Shown here in pieces: positions 28,460 through 40,624 of a DNA stretch of 64,000 nt. The first letter of the stretch is position 1, and each line of letters begins with the position of its first letter. This DNA comes from Octopus vulgaris (lineage: Eukaryota). The notes beneath the pieces were generated by a model. It did no database searches, was not told the origin of the DNA, and saw only the letters and a program-made list of their open reading frames with translations. Both the position numbers and the translations under genes were made by a program. Location of the stretch: contig OX597843.1 in the NCBI GenBank assembly GCA_951406725.2, positions 19,406,001-19,470,000 on the forward strand. Reading direction: 5' to 3'.

Positions 28460-29080
28460 TTAAAGAGAGCCAGCAATGCATCAAAGTTGAAGCATTTGCC
28501 TGGTCCTTAAAAGGAGCACTAGTCTTTTAAAGATGTAAACTTAAATGTTATTGTTTGTATGTGTGGTGTGAAGGGGCCACCTTGAGAACTCGGGATTAGG
28601 AAGGTTTTACAACAATATGGTAAAGTACTGGGGTTGATCAATCATTGATCAATCCCTACCCTAAAACTGCTGCTCTTCATAGAATTGTACAAGTGTTGCA
28701 CAAATTACCAGGCAGTATTTTTTTCAGCTTTTTGCATTCTGAGTTCAAATCCTGCCCTCATCTTTGACTTTGAGTTGAGTGCTGGGGTCAAAATAATCAA
28801 CTAGTCCCCTACCCTAAAATTTAGGCCTTGCGCCAATATTAGAACAACTTTACTTTGCATTTTTTCAGGGTTGATAAGAGAAGTTTTATATGTTTATATT
28901 TGCCCTTGTGGCAAAATTTGAAACCATTATTATTGGCAGAATTATTGGCAGACCAAGCATGAGGCTTTGTGCTATTTCGTCCGACTTTACGTTCAGAGTT
29001 CAAATTCCACCGAGGTTGCCTTTGCCTTTTATCCTTTTAGGGAATATTAAATAATTAACGAGTACTGGGATTAATTAAAC

Positions 29081-29538
29081 CAGTGGTTCCCAAACTTTTT
29101 TTTGGGCTGCCGTCCCCTTGACTCCCGGGCCACATTCCTAGCAACCCCGCCCCAATTAACCTCTTTCTGAACAAATTCAAAGCAACTCTATTTCACAAAT
29201 AAAACTTAACCTAATGAACCCTTTTTTTGTTCTTTTTACATGAACAGCTACCCCTTTATTGCCCCACTTTTTACATGACTCGCCACCCACTCCACTCTCG
29301 GAGTGGTGGGCATTAGGAAGGGCATCCAGCTGTAGAAACATTGCCAGATCAGTTTGGGACCTAGTACAGCCACTGACTCTCCAGATCTGTCAAACCCTCC
29401 AACTCATGCCAGCACGGAAAACGGACGTTAAACAGTGATGATGATGCTACCCAGTAATTTCCCCAATTTTCTTCAATGCCCCCTTGGAACTATACACTAT
29501 CCCAAGGGAAGCAATACCACCCACTTAGGGAACTACTG
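29081..29538. mobile_element. hAT (Charlie-like) MITE containing a retroposon tail
   Basis: Termini CAGTGGTTCCC / GGGAACTACTG; 8-bp flanks AATTAAAC / AATTCATC (6 of 8 match). Confidence 0.65.
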
Positions 29539-29649
29539 AATTCATCGACAAGTGCCCCTCCCACAATTTTTAGTCCTTGTGCCTATTGCAGAAAGCTTTA
29601 TTTATGGTTATTTTTAATATCATTGCTTTTAATTTTTTCCACCCTCCAG

Positions 29650-29780
29650 GTTCTTTAGATGAAGATGTAAGTCTACCGAAAGGTTTAGAAAGTTGGAACC
29701 AGAGCCGGGACGAGGCGGAACCAGGATCCGAAAGTCAGCCCAAAGAACAGAAGGAGATGTTTAGCAGTGTTAAAGTGTGA
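29650..29780 (+). CDS. AFG3L2: AFG3L2 last coding exon
   Basis: (G)SLDEDVSLPKGLESWNQSRDEAEPGSESQPKEQKEMFSSVKV*. Matches the conserved GSLDEDxSLPxGLxxWN end; stop TGA. Confidence 0.92.
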
Positions 29781-29806
29781 TGAGAATTGTAAAGAATTTA
29801 GTTTAA

Positions 29807-29812
29807 AATAAA
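29807..29812 (+). terminator. Candidate polyadenylation signal AATAAA
   Basis: Canonical hexamer about 26 nt after the stop, in AT-rich context, so it could be chance. Confidence 0.35.
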
Positions 29813-30794
29813 TTTTTTAATTTAAAAAAAAGAAATCTCTCATTCTTTTATTTGTTTCAGCCATTTGGATAGCGGCCATGCTGGAGCACTGCCTTTAGTC
29901 AAAGACATCAACCCCAGGACTTATTCTCTGTAAGCCTAGTACTTATAATATCAGTCTCTTTTGCTGAACCGCTAAGTGACGGGGATGTAAACACACCAAC
30001 ATTAGTTGGTTTAGGTGGGAGGAACTGAGTTTTAGTGGTGTTGTAGCAGGCCCTGACCCCCACACACACACACACACACAGAGATATATGCACCTGGATA
30101 CAATCATGCAAATACCTGGGAAATTTTCTCGTGTCATTGAGGTAAAAGTGTTTGGTCAAAGGATGGAACCAGGAATAAGGTGTTTTGGGTGGGGTGGGGG
30201 TGTAGCATGTTTGTGTTTGGAAAGGCATGAATGTCACTGCATCCAGGTTGAAGCAAGAATAAGAGAATTGACCAAAGTAGAGGTGAGAAAGAAGTGTGAA
30301 TGTGAGAGAGAGACAGAGAGGGAGAGAGAGGAGAAGCAGAGACGAAGAAAGAGGGGGGTGGACGGGAGGAGAGAAAGAAAAGTAAAGGTGAAATAAAACA
30401 ATGAGAAGATATTAACTGACAAAATATTTTATTGACAAAACAGGTGGTGGTGGTGGGGGGAGGAGGACTTGTCATTGATGTCAATGATTCTGTCAATGAT
30501 GCTGTCAACACAATTGTTCTTGTCAATCTGATTGTTGGGGTTAATAGAGTTTTTGTCAATGTGGTAGTTGTCATTGTTAATACAATTGTTGTTGTTGTCA
30601 GTTTAGTCTTTGTCAATATAGGTGGTGGTGGGGTCTTTAGCCCAAAACCCCTTCTAATTGAGCAACACCATCATCAGATGTCTCCCATCCATTCACACAT
30701 TATTGCACAGAACCAAACTCTGCAACGGTGGTTGTCAACCGGGGATCACGTGACCCTTGGGGGTCCCCTTATCAGATTTTCTTGATAGAATTTA

Positions 30795-31174
30795 TCTCTC
30801 TCTATATAAACGGCAGTTTGTCTGTCTGTGTGTCTGTCAGGTTGTACCCTCACCCTGACCACGGCTTTCAACCGATTCTGATGAAACTTGACACACACAT
30901 AGCCCAATGTCATAATTCAAAACTAACGCAGCGAAAATTTTGAAAAGTTCCCCCAGTTCTGAAAAAGATCGATAAATTCGACATGGGGTCGAGAATCCTG
31001 GAAACCCAAACCACAGACCGTCTAGGGGACGCAACTCCACCTTTTTTAACTCTCAAAAAAAAATTTACCATAATTTTTTTTCCATTTTTTTGCTATTTTT
31101 TGGCTATAACTCTCTAAAAATGCTTTATAGTTATTTCCCTTACAAACCTGAGCAACGCCGGGCGATACTGCTAG
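30795..31174 (+). mobile_element. Non-autonomous Helitron nested in a hAT-like MITE (about 30726-31340)
   Basis: A|TCTCTCTCTATATAAA start; CCTGAGCAACGCCGGG hairpin then CTAG|T end. The host has GTGGTTGTCAACC / GGTTGAGAACCAT termini. Confidence 0.8.
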
Positions 31175-31514
31175 TCTGCAATAAACCATTCGTTTTTTTT
31201 TTTTTACAATACACAAAATGTTTATCTTTGGTAATTATTCCTGATAATATTTAATTGAAAGAGTCTACGAATGATTGCTAGGATCTAAAATAGGTATTGG
31301 TGAGATTCCACAGGCGAAAAAATGGTTGAGAACCATGGATCCTTTCTTTTAACACACCACGATATGATTTGAGTGATTTCTAGCAGATCAGGTGATTGTG
31401 TAGCGTAGTGGCTTTCAACCGTTTCCTCCCTCATGTTACTCTGCTGGATCTCCATAGCAATTCACAGTGTGTAAATTTTTTTAAAAATTGCTATTTTATA
31501 ATAATTTTTTTTAT

Positions 31515-31846
31515 ACAGTGACTGGCTTCCGTGTCGTTGGCACGTAAAAAACACTATCCGAATCATGGCCGAAGCCAGTGCCGCCTCGACTGGCTTCCGT
31601 GCAGGTGGCACGTAAAATGCACCAATCCGACCGTGGCCGATGCCAGCCTCGCCTGGCACCAGTGCAGGTGGCACGTAAAAAGCACCCACTACACTCACGG
31701 AGTGGTTGGCGTTAGGAAGGGCATCCAGCTGTAGAATCACTACTAGATCAGACTGGAGCCTGGTGCAGCCTTCTGGCTTCCCAGATCCCCGGTCGAACCG
31801 TCCAACCCATGCTAGCATGGAGAACGGACGTTAAACGATGATGATG
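31515..31846 (+). mobile_element. (GAT)n-tailed retroposon copy
   Basis: Near-identical reverse complement of 6428-6800 and 13700-14010. Confidence 0.8.
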
Positions 31847-32039
31847 GTTTGTTGTGGCCGTCCCAGGAAATGCTTTTTAGCCCCAGGAAAACACTGTTTC
31901 CAGTTGGTCATGTGACACAATCATTCTGTGTCCTTAACTTTTCAAACAGGGGAGCTAAGCACCTCCACCTAGTTTCAGAGTTATTGCTGTTCATCAGTTG
32001 GGAATAGCTTGGCTTCTTCACTGTCGATGCTTACTCTTT

Positions 32040-32256
32040 CTCTCTTTTACTCTTTTACTTGTTTCAGTCATGTGACTGCGGCCATGCTGGAGCACCGCCT
32101 TTAATCGAGCAACTCGATCCTGGGACTTATTCTTTTGTAAGCCCAGTACTTATTCTATCGGTCTCTTTTGCCGAACCGCTAAGTGACGGGAACGTAAACA
32201 CACCAGCACCAGTTGTCAAGCGATGATGGGGGGGGGGGACAAATACAGACACACAA

Positions 32257-32311
<55 letters not shown>

Positions 32312-32465
32312 TCTGACAGGTTTCTTTCGGTTTCCGTCTACCAAATCCACTCGCAAGGCATTGGTCGGCCCGAGGCTATAGTAGAAGACACTTGCCCAAG
32401 ATGCCACGCAGTGGGACTGAACCCGGAACCATGTGGTTGGTTAGCAAGCTACTTACCACACAGCC
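32040..32465 (-). mobile_element. tRNA-derived SINE family 1, near full-length
   Basis: Reverse complement of 25607-26015. Confidence 0.85.
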
Positions 32466-32547
32466 CCTATTTGCAACAAACCATCATTTTATTGTGTTGC
32501 TAACGGTAGCAACAAGTGAGTCTGGGAGATTTAGAAATGCAATGTTT

Positions 32548-32647
32548 NNNNNNNNNNNNNNNNNNNNNNNNNNNNNNNNNNNNNNNNNNNNNNNNNNNNN
32601 NNNNNNNNNNNNNNNNNNNNNNNNNNNNNNNNNNNNNNNNNNNNNNN
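32548..32647. other. Assembly gap (100 N, size unknown)
   Basis: Run of exactly 100 N. Confidence 1.
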
Positions 32648-35600
32648 AATATGAAGAAGGGAAAGGAGGAAGGAAGGGGGGAGAATGTGGAATAAAGAGG
32701 TAAAAGACCAGGAGAAATTGAGCTGAATATGGGAGGTGGGGAAGGAAAATGTCATAAAACATAAAGAACTATAGAAGTGGCAAGAGAATATGAAGAAGGA
32801 AAGGAGGAAGGAAGGGGGGAGAATGTGGAATAAAGAGGCAAAAGACCAGGAGAAATTGAGCTGAATTTGGGAGGTGGGGGAAGGAAAATGTCATAAAACA
32901 TAAAGAACTATAGAAGTGGCAAGAGAATGAAGAATGGAAAGGAGGAAGGAAGGGGGAGAATGTGGAATAAAGAGGCAAAAGACCAGGAAAATTGAGCTGA
33001 ATTTGGGAGGTGGGAAAGGAAAATGTCATAAAACATAAAGAACTATAGAAGTGGCAAGAGAATATGGAAGAAGGGAAAGGAGGAAGGAAGGGGGCTGAAT
33101 TTGGGAGGTGGGGAAGGAAAAGGAAATGTCATAAAACATAAAGAGACATAAGTGGCAGGCAAAATGGAAAGGAGGAAGGAAGAGGGAAGGAAATGTGGAA
33201 TAAAGAGGCCAGGAGAAATTGAGCTGAATTTGGGAGGTGGGGAAGGAAAATGTCATAAAACATAAAGAACTATAGAAGTGGCAAGAGAATATGAAGAAGG
33301 GAAAGGAGGAAGGAAGGGGGGAGAATGTGGAATAAAGAGGTAAAAGACCAGGAGAAATTGAGCTGAATTTGGGAGGTGGGGAAGGAAAATGTCATAAAAC
33401 ATAAAGAACTATAGAAGTGGCAAGAGAATATGAAGAAGGGAAACGAGGAAGGAAGGGGGGAGAATGTGGAATAAAGAGGCAAAAGACCAGGAGAAATTGA
33501 GCTGAATATGGGAGGTGGGGAAGGAAAATGTCATAAAACATAAAGAACTATAGAAGTGGCAAGAGAATATGAAGAAGGGAAAGGAGGAAGGAAGGGGGGA
33601 GAATGTGGAATAAAGAGGCCAAAGACCAGGAGAAATTGAGCTGAATTTGGGAGGTGGGGAAGGAAAATGTCATAAAACATAAAGAACTATAGAAGTGGCA
33701 AGACATTTTCCTTCCCCACCTCCCAAATTCAGCTCAATTTCTCCTGGTCTTTTACCTCTTTATTCCACATTCTCCCCCCTTCCTTCCTCCTTTCCCTTCT
33801 TCATATTCTCTTGCCACTTCTATAGTTCTTTATGTTTTATGACATTTTCCTTCCCCACCTCCCAAATTCAGCTCAATTTCTCCTGGTCTTTTACCTCTTT
33901 ATTCCACATTCTCCCCCTTCCTTCCTCCTTTCCCTTCTTCATATTCTCTTGCCACTTCTATAGTTCTTTATGTTTTATGACATTTTCCTTCCCCACCTCC
34001 CAAATTCAGCTCAATTTCTCCTGGTCTTTTACCTCTTTATTCCACATTCTCCCCCCTTCCTTCCTCCTTTCCCTTCTTCATTATTCTCTTGCCACTTCTA
34101 TAGTTCTTTATGTTTTATGACATTTTCCTTCCCCACCTCCCAAATTCAGCTCAATTTCTCCTGGTCTTTCACCTCTTTATTCCACATTCTCCCCCCTTCC
34201 TTCCTCCTTTCCCTTCTTCATATTCTCTTGCCACTTCTATAGTTCTTTATGTTTTATGACATTTTCCTTCCCCACCTCCCAAATTCAGCTCAATTTCTCC
34301 TGGTCTTTACCTCTTTATTCCACATTCTCCCCCCTTCCTTCCTCCTTTCCCTTCTTCATATTCTCTTGCCACTTCTATAGTTCTTTATGTTTTATGACAT
34401 TTTCCTTCCCCACCTCCCAAATTCAGCTCAATTTCTCCTGGTCTTTTACCTCTTTATTCCACATTCTCCCCCTTCCTTCCTCCTTTCCCTTCTTCATATT
34501 CTCTTGCCACTTCTATAGTTCTTTATGTTTTATGACATTTTCCTTCCCCACCTCCCAAATTCAGCTCAATTTCTCCTGGTCTTTACCTCTTTATTCCACA
34601 TTCTCCCCCTTCCTTCCTCCTTTCCCTTCTTCATATTCTCTTGCCACTTCTATAGTTCTTTATGTTTTATGACATTTTCCTTCCCCACCTCCCAAATTCA
34701 GCTCAATTTCTCCTGGTCTTTCACCTCTTTATTCCACATTCTCCCCCTTCCTTCCTCCTTTCCCTTCTTCATATTCTCTTGCCACTTCTATAGTTCTTTA
34801 TGTTTTATGACATTTTCCTTCCCCACCTCCCAAATTCAGCTCAATTTCTCCTGGTCTTTTACCTCTTTATTCCACATTCTCCCCCTTCCTTCCTCCTTTC
34901 CCTTCTTCATATTCTCTTGCCACTTCTATAGTTCTTTATGTTTTATGACATTTTCCTTCCCCACCTCCCATATTCAGCTCAATTTCTCCTGGTCTTTTAC
35001 CTCTTTATTCCACATTCTCCCCCTTCCTTCCTCCTTTCCCTTCTTCATATTCTCTTGCCACTTCTATAGTTCTTTATGTTTTATGACATTTTCCTTCCCC
35101 ACCTCCCAAATTCAGCTCAATTTCTCCTGGTCTTTTGCCTCTTTATTCCACATTCTCCCCCCTTCCTTCCTCCTTTCCCTTCTTCATATTCTCTTGCCAC
35201 TTCTATAGTTCTTTATGTTTTATGACATTTTCCTTCCCCACCTCCCAAATTCAGCTCAATTTCTCCTGGTCTTTTGCCTCTTTATTCCACATTCTCCCCC
35301 TTCCTTCCTCCTTTCCCTTCTTCATATTCTCTTGCCACTTCTATAGTTCTTTATGTTTTATGACATTTTCCTTCCCCACCTCCCATATTCAGCTCAATTT
35401 CTCCTGGTCTTTTACCTCTTTATTCCACATTCTCCCCCTTCCTTCCTCCTTTCCCTTCTTCATATTCTCTTGCCACTTCTATAGTTCTTTATGTTTTATG
35501 ACATTTTCCTTCCCCACCTCCCATATTCAGCTCAATTTCTCCTGGTCTTTTACCTCTTTATTCCACATTCTCCCCCCTTCCTTCCTCCTTTCCCTTCTTC

Positions 35601-38600
35601 ATATTCTCTTGCCACTTCTATAGTTCTTTATGTTTTATGACATTTTCCTTCCCCACCTCCCATATTCAGCTCAATTTCTCCTGGTCTTTTACCTCTTTAT
35701 TCCACATTCTCCCCCTTCCTTCCTCCTTTCCCTTCTTCATATTCTCTTGCCACTTCTATAGTTATTTATGTTTTATGACATTTTCCTTCCCCACCTCCCA
35801 TATTCAGCTCAATTTCTCCTGGTCTTTAGCCTCTTTATTCCACATTCTCCCCCTTCCTTCCTCCTTTCCCTTCTTCATATTCTCTTGCCACTTCTATAGT
35901 TCTTTATGTTTTATGACATTTTCCTTCCCCACCTCCCAAATTCAGCTCAATTTCTCCTGGTCTTTACCTCTTTATTCCACATTCTCCCCCTTCCTTCCTC
36001 CTTTCCCTTCTTCATATTCTCTTGCCACTTCTATAGTTCTTTATGTTTTATGACATTTTCCTTCCCCACCTCCCAAATTCAGCTCAATTTCTCCTGGTCT
36101 TTTACCTCTTTATTCCACATTCTCCCCCTTCCTTCCTCCTTTCCCTTCTTCATATTCTCTTGCCACTTCTATAGTTCTTTATGTTTTATGACATTTTCCT
36201 TCCCCACCTCCCAAATTCAGCTCAATTTCTCCTGGTCTTTGCCTCTTTATTCCACATTCTCCCCCCTTCCTTCCTCCTTTCCCTTCTTCATATTCTCTTG
36301 CCACTTCTATAGTTCTTTATGTTTTATGACATTTTCCTTCCCCACCTCCCATATTCAGCTCAATTTCTCCTGGTCTTTTACCTCTTTATTCCACATTCTC
36401 CCCCCTTCCTTCCTCCTTTCCCTTCTTCATATTCTCTTGCCACTTCTATAGTTCTTTATGTTTTATGACATTTTCCTTCCCCACCTCCCATATTCAGCTC
36501 AATTTCTCCTGCTCTTTTGCCTCTTTATTCCACATTCCCCCCCTTCCTTCCTCGTTTCCCTTCTTCATATTCTCTTGCCACTTCTATAGTTCTTTATGTT
36601 TTATGACATTTTCCTTCCCCACCTCCCATATTCAGCTCAATTTCTCCTGGTCTTTTACCTCTTTATTCCACATTCTCCCCCCTTCCTTCCTCGTTTCCCT
36701 TCTTCATATTCTCTTGCCACTTCTATAGTTCTTTATGTTTTATGACATTTTCCTTCCCCACCTCCCAAATTCAGCTCAATTTCTCCTGGTCTTTAGCCTC
36801 TTTATTCCACATTCTCCCCCCTTCCTTCCTTGTTTCCCTTCATCATATTCTCTTGCCACTTCTATAGTTCTTTATGTTTTATGACATTTTCCTTCCCCAC
36901 CTCCCATATTCAGCTCAATTTCTCCTGGTCTTTCACCTCTTTATTCCACATTCTCCCCCCTTCCTTCCTCCTTTCCCTTCTTCATATTCTCTTGCCACTT
37001 CTATAGTTCTTTATGTTTTATGACATTTTCCTTCCCCACCTCCCATATTCAGCTCAATTTCTCCTGGTCTTTCACCTCTTTATTCCACATTCTCCCCCCC
37101 TTCCTTCCTCCATTCCCTTCTTCATATTCTCTTGCCACTTCTATAGTTCTTTATGTTTTATGACATTTTCCTTCCCCACCTCCCAAATTCAGCTCAATTT
37201 CTCCTGGTCTTTCACCTCTTTATTCCACATTCTCCCCCCTTCCTTCCTTGTTTCCCTTCATCATATTCTCTTGCCACTTCTATAGTTCTATATGTTTTAT
37301 GACATTTTCCTTCCCCACCTCCCATATTCAGCTCAATTTCTCCTGGTCTTTTACCTCTTTATTCCACATTCTCCCCCCTTCCTTCCTTGTTTCCCTTCTT
37401 CATATTCTCTTGCCACTTCTATAGTTCTTTATGTTTTATGACATTTTCCTTCCCCACCTCCCATATTCAGCTCAATTTCTCCTGGTCTTTCACCTCTTTA
37501 TTCCACATTCTCCCCCCTTCCTTCCTCCTTTCCCTTCTTCATATTCTCTTGCCACTTCTATAGTTCTTTATGTTTTATGACATTTTCCTTCCCCACCTCC
37601 CAAATTCAGCTCAATTTCTCCTGGTCTTTTGCCTCTTTATTCCACATTCTCCCCCCTTCCTTCCTCGTTTCACTTCTTCATATTCTCTTGCCACTTCTAT
37701 AGTTCTTTATGTTTTATGACATTTTCCTTCCCCACCTCCCATATTCAGCTCAATTTCTCCTGGTCTTTTCACATTCTCCCCTTATTCCACATTCTCCCCC
37801 TTCCTTCCTCCTTTCCCTTCTTCATATTCTCTTGCCACTTCTATAGTTCTTTATGTTTTATGACATTTTCCTTCCCCACCTCCCATATTCAGCTCAATTT
37901 CTCCTGGTCTTTTGCCTCTTTATTCCCCATTCTCCCCCTTCCTTCCTTGTTTCCCTTCTTCATATTCTCTTGCCACTTCTATAGTTCTTTATGTTTTATG
38001 ACATTTTCCTTCCCCACCTCCCATATTCAGCTCAATTTCTCCTGGTCTTTTGCCTCTTTATTCCACATTCTCCCCCTTCCTTCCTCCTTTCCCTTCTTTA
38101 TATTCTCTTGCCACTTCTATATTTCTTTATGTTTTATGACATTTTCCTTCCCCACCTTCCATATTCAGCTCAATTTCTCCTGGTCTTTTACCTCTTTATT
38201 CCACATTCTCCCCCCTTCCTTCCTTGTTTCCCTTCTTCATATTCTCTTGCCACTTCTATAGTTCTTTATGTTTTATGACATTTTCCTTCCCCACCTCCCA
38301 TATTCAGCTCAATTTCTCCTGGTCTTTTGCCTCTTTATTCCACATTCTCCCCCCTTCCTTCCTTCCTTTCCCTTCTTCATATTCTCTTGCCACTTCTATA
38401 GTTCTTTATGTTTTATGACATTTTCCTTCCCCACCTCCCATATTCAGCTCAATTTCTCCTGGTCTTTTGCCTCTTTATTCCACATTCTCCCCCCCCTTCC
38501 TTCCTCGTTTCCCTTCTTCATATTCTCTTGCCACTTCTATAGTTCTTTATGTTTTATGACATTTTCCTTCCCCACCTCCCATATTCAGCTCAATTTCTCC

Positions 38601-39200
38601 TGGTCTTTCGCCTCTTTATTCCACATTCTCCCCCTTCCTTCCTCGTTTCCCTTCTTCATATTCTCTTGCCACTTCTATAGTTCTTTATGTTTTATGACAT
38701 TTTCCTTCCCCACCTCCCATATTCAGCTCAATTTCTCCTGGTCTTTTGCCTCTTTATTCCACATTCCCCCCTTCCTTCCTCGTTTCCCTTCTTCATATTC
38801 TCTTGCCACTTCTATAGTTCTTTATGTTTTATGACATTTTCCTTCCCCACCTCCCAAATTCAGCTCAATTTCTCCTGGTCTTTCACCTCTTTATTCCACA
38901 TTCTCGCCCCTTCCTTCCTTGTTTCCCTTCTTCATATTCTCTTGCCACTTCTATAGTTCTTTATGTTTTATGACATTTTCCTTCCCCACCTCCCTTATTC
39001 AGCTCAATTTCTCCTGGTCTTTGGCCTCTTTATTCCACATTCTCCCCCCTTCCTTCCTCCATTCCTTTCTTCATATTCTCTTGCCACTTCTATAGTTCTT
39101 TATGTTTTATGACATTTCCCTTCCCCACCTCCCATATTCAGCTCAATTTCTCCTGGTCTTTCGCCTCTTTATTCCACATTCTCCCCCCTTCCTTCCTCCT
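32648..39200. repeat. 138-139-bp satellite array: about 7 inverted copies, then about 40 forward copies
   Basis: Monomer GACATTTTCCTTCCCCACCTCCCA(A/T)ATTCAGCTCAATTTCTCCTGGTC...CTATAGTTCTTTATGTTTTAT (starts at 33841, 33979, 34119, 34258). Orientation flips at about 33700. Confidence 0.97.
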
Positions 39201-39310
39201 CCTCTTTATCATCATTGCCAGTTTCTCTTTCATAACCGTCTTTTTCCGTTTGATTTTAAGACTACAAATTTTTATATATTATTTCTTTTATATTCTTTTT
39301 TATGTTACAG

Positions 39311-39382
39311 AACTTTGGAATATAATAAAATCGAAAAGGTCGAAAGTGGAATATTTCAAGGACTTACTTATTTAGAGAAATT
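39311..39382 (+). CDS. LRR protein exon A (72 bp)
   Basis: TACAG|A ACT TTG...AAA TT|GTAAGT encodes TLEYNKIEKVESGIFQGLTYLEKL, a typical 24-aa LRR. Confidence 0.9.
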
Positions 39383-39616
39383 GTAAGTACAATTTTTGTT
39401 CATAATTTTTTTAACTAACGGAATATCACTAGAAATTCCATGTCCTCTCTTTCTTGCTATCTCTCCCTCTGCTTTTCTAATACATATTCTGTCATTATAT
39501 TTTCGTTTGTGATTGTATGAAGATGTGAACGAGTGTGTCTGTGTGTCCGTGTGTGAATAAACAAATGTTTTGCGTATGATAATGAACATATGCATGAGTG
39601 TGAACATGTCAACAAA

Positions 39617-39982
39617 GGCGCCGAGCTGGCAGAAACTATGCGCCAAGGTGGACTTCGTCTTTCAACCTTTTGGGGTCGATAAATTAAGCATTAATTGCGT
39701 ACTGTGACGATCTAATTAACGGGCCCAGTTGCCAACATTTTGGGGCCTTGTCCCTAAAGTAGAAACGAATGTTTTAAAGGCGGCGAGCTGGCAGAATTCT
39801 CAGCACAACGGGCGAAATGCTTAGCGGTATTTCGTCTGTCTTTATGTTCTGAGTTCAAATTCCGCCGAGACCGACTTTGCCTTTCAGGGTCGATAAATTA
39901 AGTAACAGTTGCAAACTGCGGTTGATCTAATCAACTGGCCCCCGCCCCAAAAATTTCGGGCCTTGTGCCTAGAGTAGAAATG
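39617..39982 (+). mobile_element. Two tandem SINE family 3 copies
   Basis: GGCGCCGAGCTGGCAGAA at 39617 and GGCGGCGAGCTGGCAGAA at 39779, both with GGTCGATAAATTAAG. Confidence 0.8.
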
Positions 39983-40072
39983 AACATGTATATCTGTATC
40001 TGCGTGTGTCGTGTCCATTCGTGTCTCTGCGTGTCTGTAAGAAAATACATACTTACAGAAAACCAAATTATC

Positions 40073-40624
40073 AGGGTTGGCCTCCCTTTGCAAATACTCC
40101 AAGGACACAGATATTGTGTCTAGCGCCAGCTAGAGACGAAGATCTCTTGGGGCTATAAAGCTACAGTAACACCCCCTCCCCAATGTGATTAGCCATGATA
40201 AGATGGCTTCTATACTTTACATTATCGAGCGATTACTGTTTCAATCTCATTTTGAGATTTAATTATGCTTACTGTTCGTTTTTCGACATCAGTGGCAGAC
40301 GCCATTAGAAAAACTTATATCTATTTGCAAAGGAGCCTTCACTTTCATCGCTACCTGGTGGTTACCGCCCGTTGACGAGGGACAACATTCCCGAAACTAG
40401 TTCGAGCGTATCACTCAGGCTTGCGAGGAAGGGATGGCCTCCCTTTGCAAATACTCCAAGGACACAGATATTGTGTCTAGAGCCAGCTAGAGACGAAGAT
40501 CTCTTGGGGCTATAAAGCTACAGTAACACCCCCTCCCCAATGTGGTTAGCCATGATAAGATGGCTTCTATACTTTACATTATCGAGCGATTACTGTTTCA
40601 ATCTCATTCTGAGATTTAATTATG
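40073..40624 (+). mobile_element. 1.5-copy tandem element (357-bp period) with hammerhead motif: Penelope pseudo-LTR or non-LTR retrozyme-like
   Basis: 40073-40267 is repeated at 40430-40624 with about 4 differences. The sequence between them carries a minimal type I hammerhead motif. Confidence 0.6.
40363..40410 (+). ncRNA. Minimal type I hammerhead ribozyme-like motif
   Basis: CGCCCG-TTGACGA-GGGA(caacat)TCCC-GAAA-CTAG-TT-CGAGCG: stem I with one mismatch, core with C3U, 4-bp stem II, palindromic mini stem III, GUU triplet. Confidence 0.55.

Noticed and set aside
29780-39311. Functional link or fusion between AFG3L2 and the LRR exons
   Set aside because: AFG3L2 ends with its own stop, and a gap of unknown size separates the loci, so even their adjacency is unverified.
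33695-39386. Repeated hydrophobic membrane-protein-like ORFs
   Set aside because: Readings of the 138-bp satellite; frames shift with homopolymer indels.
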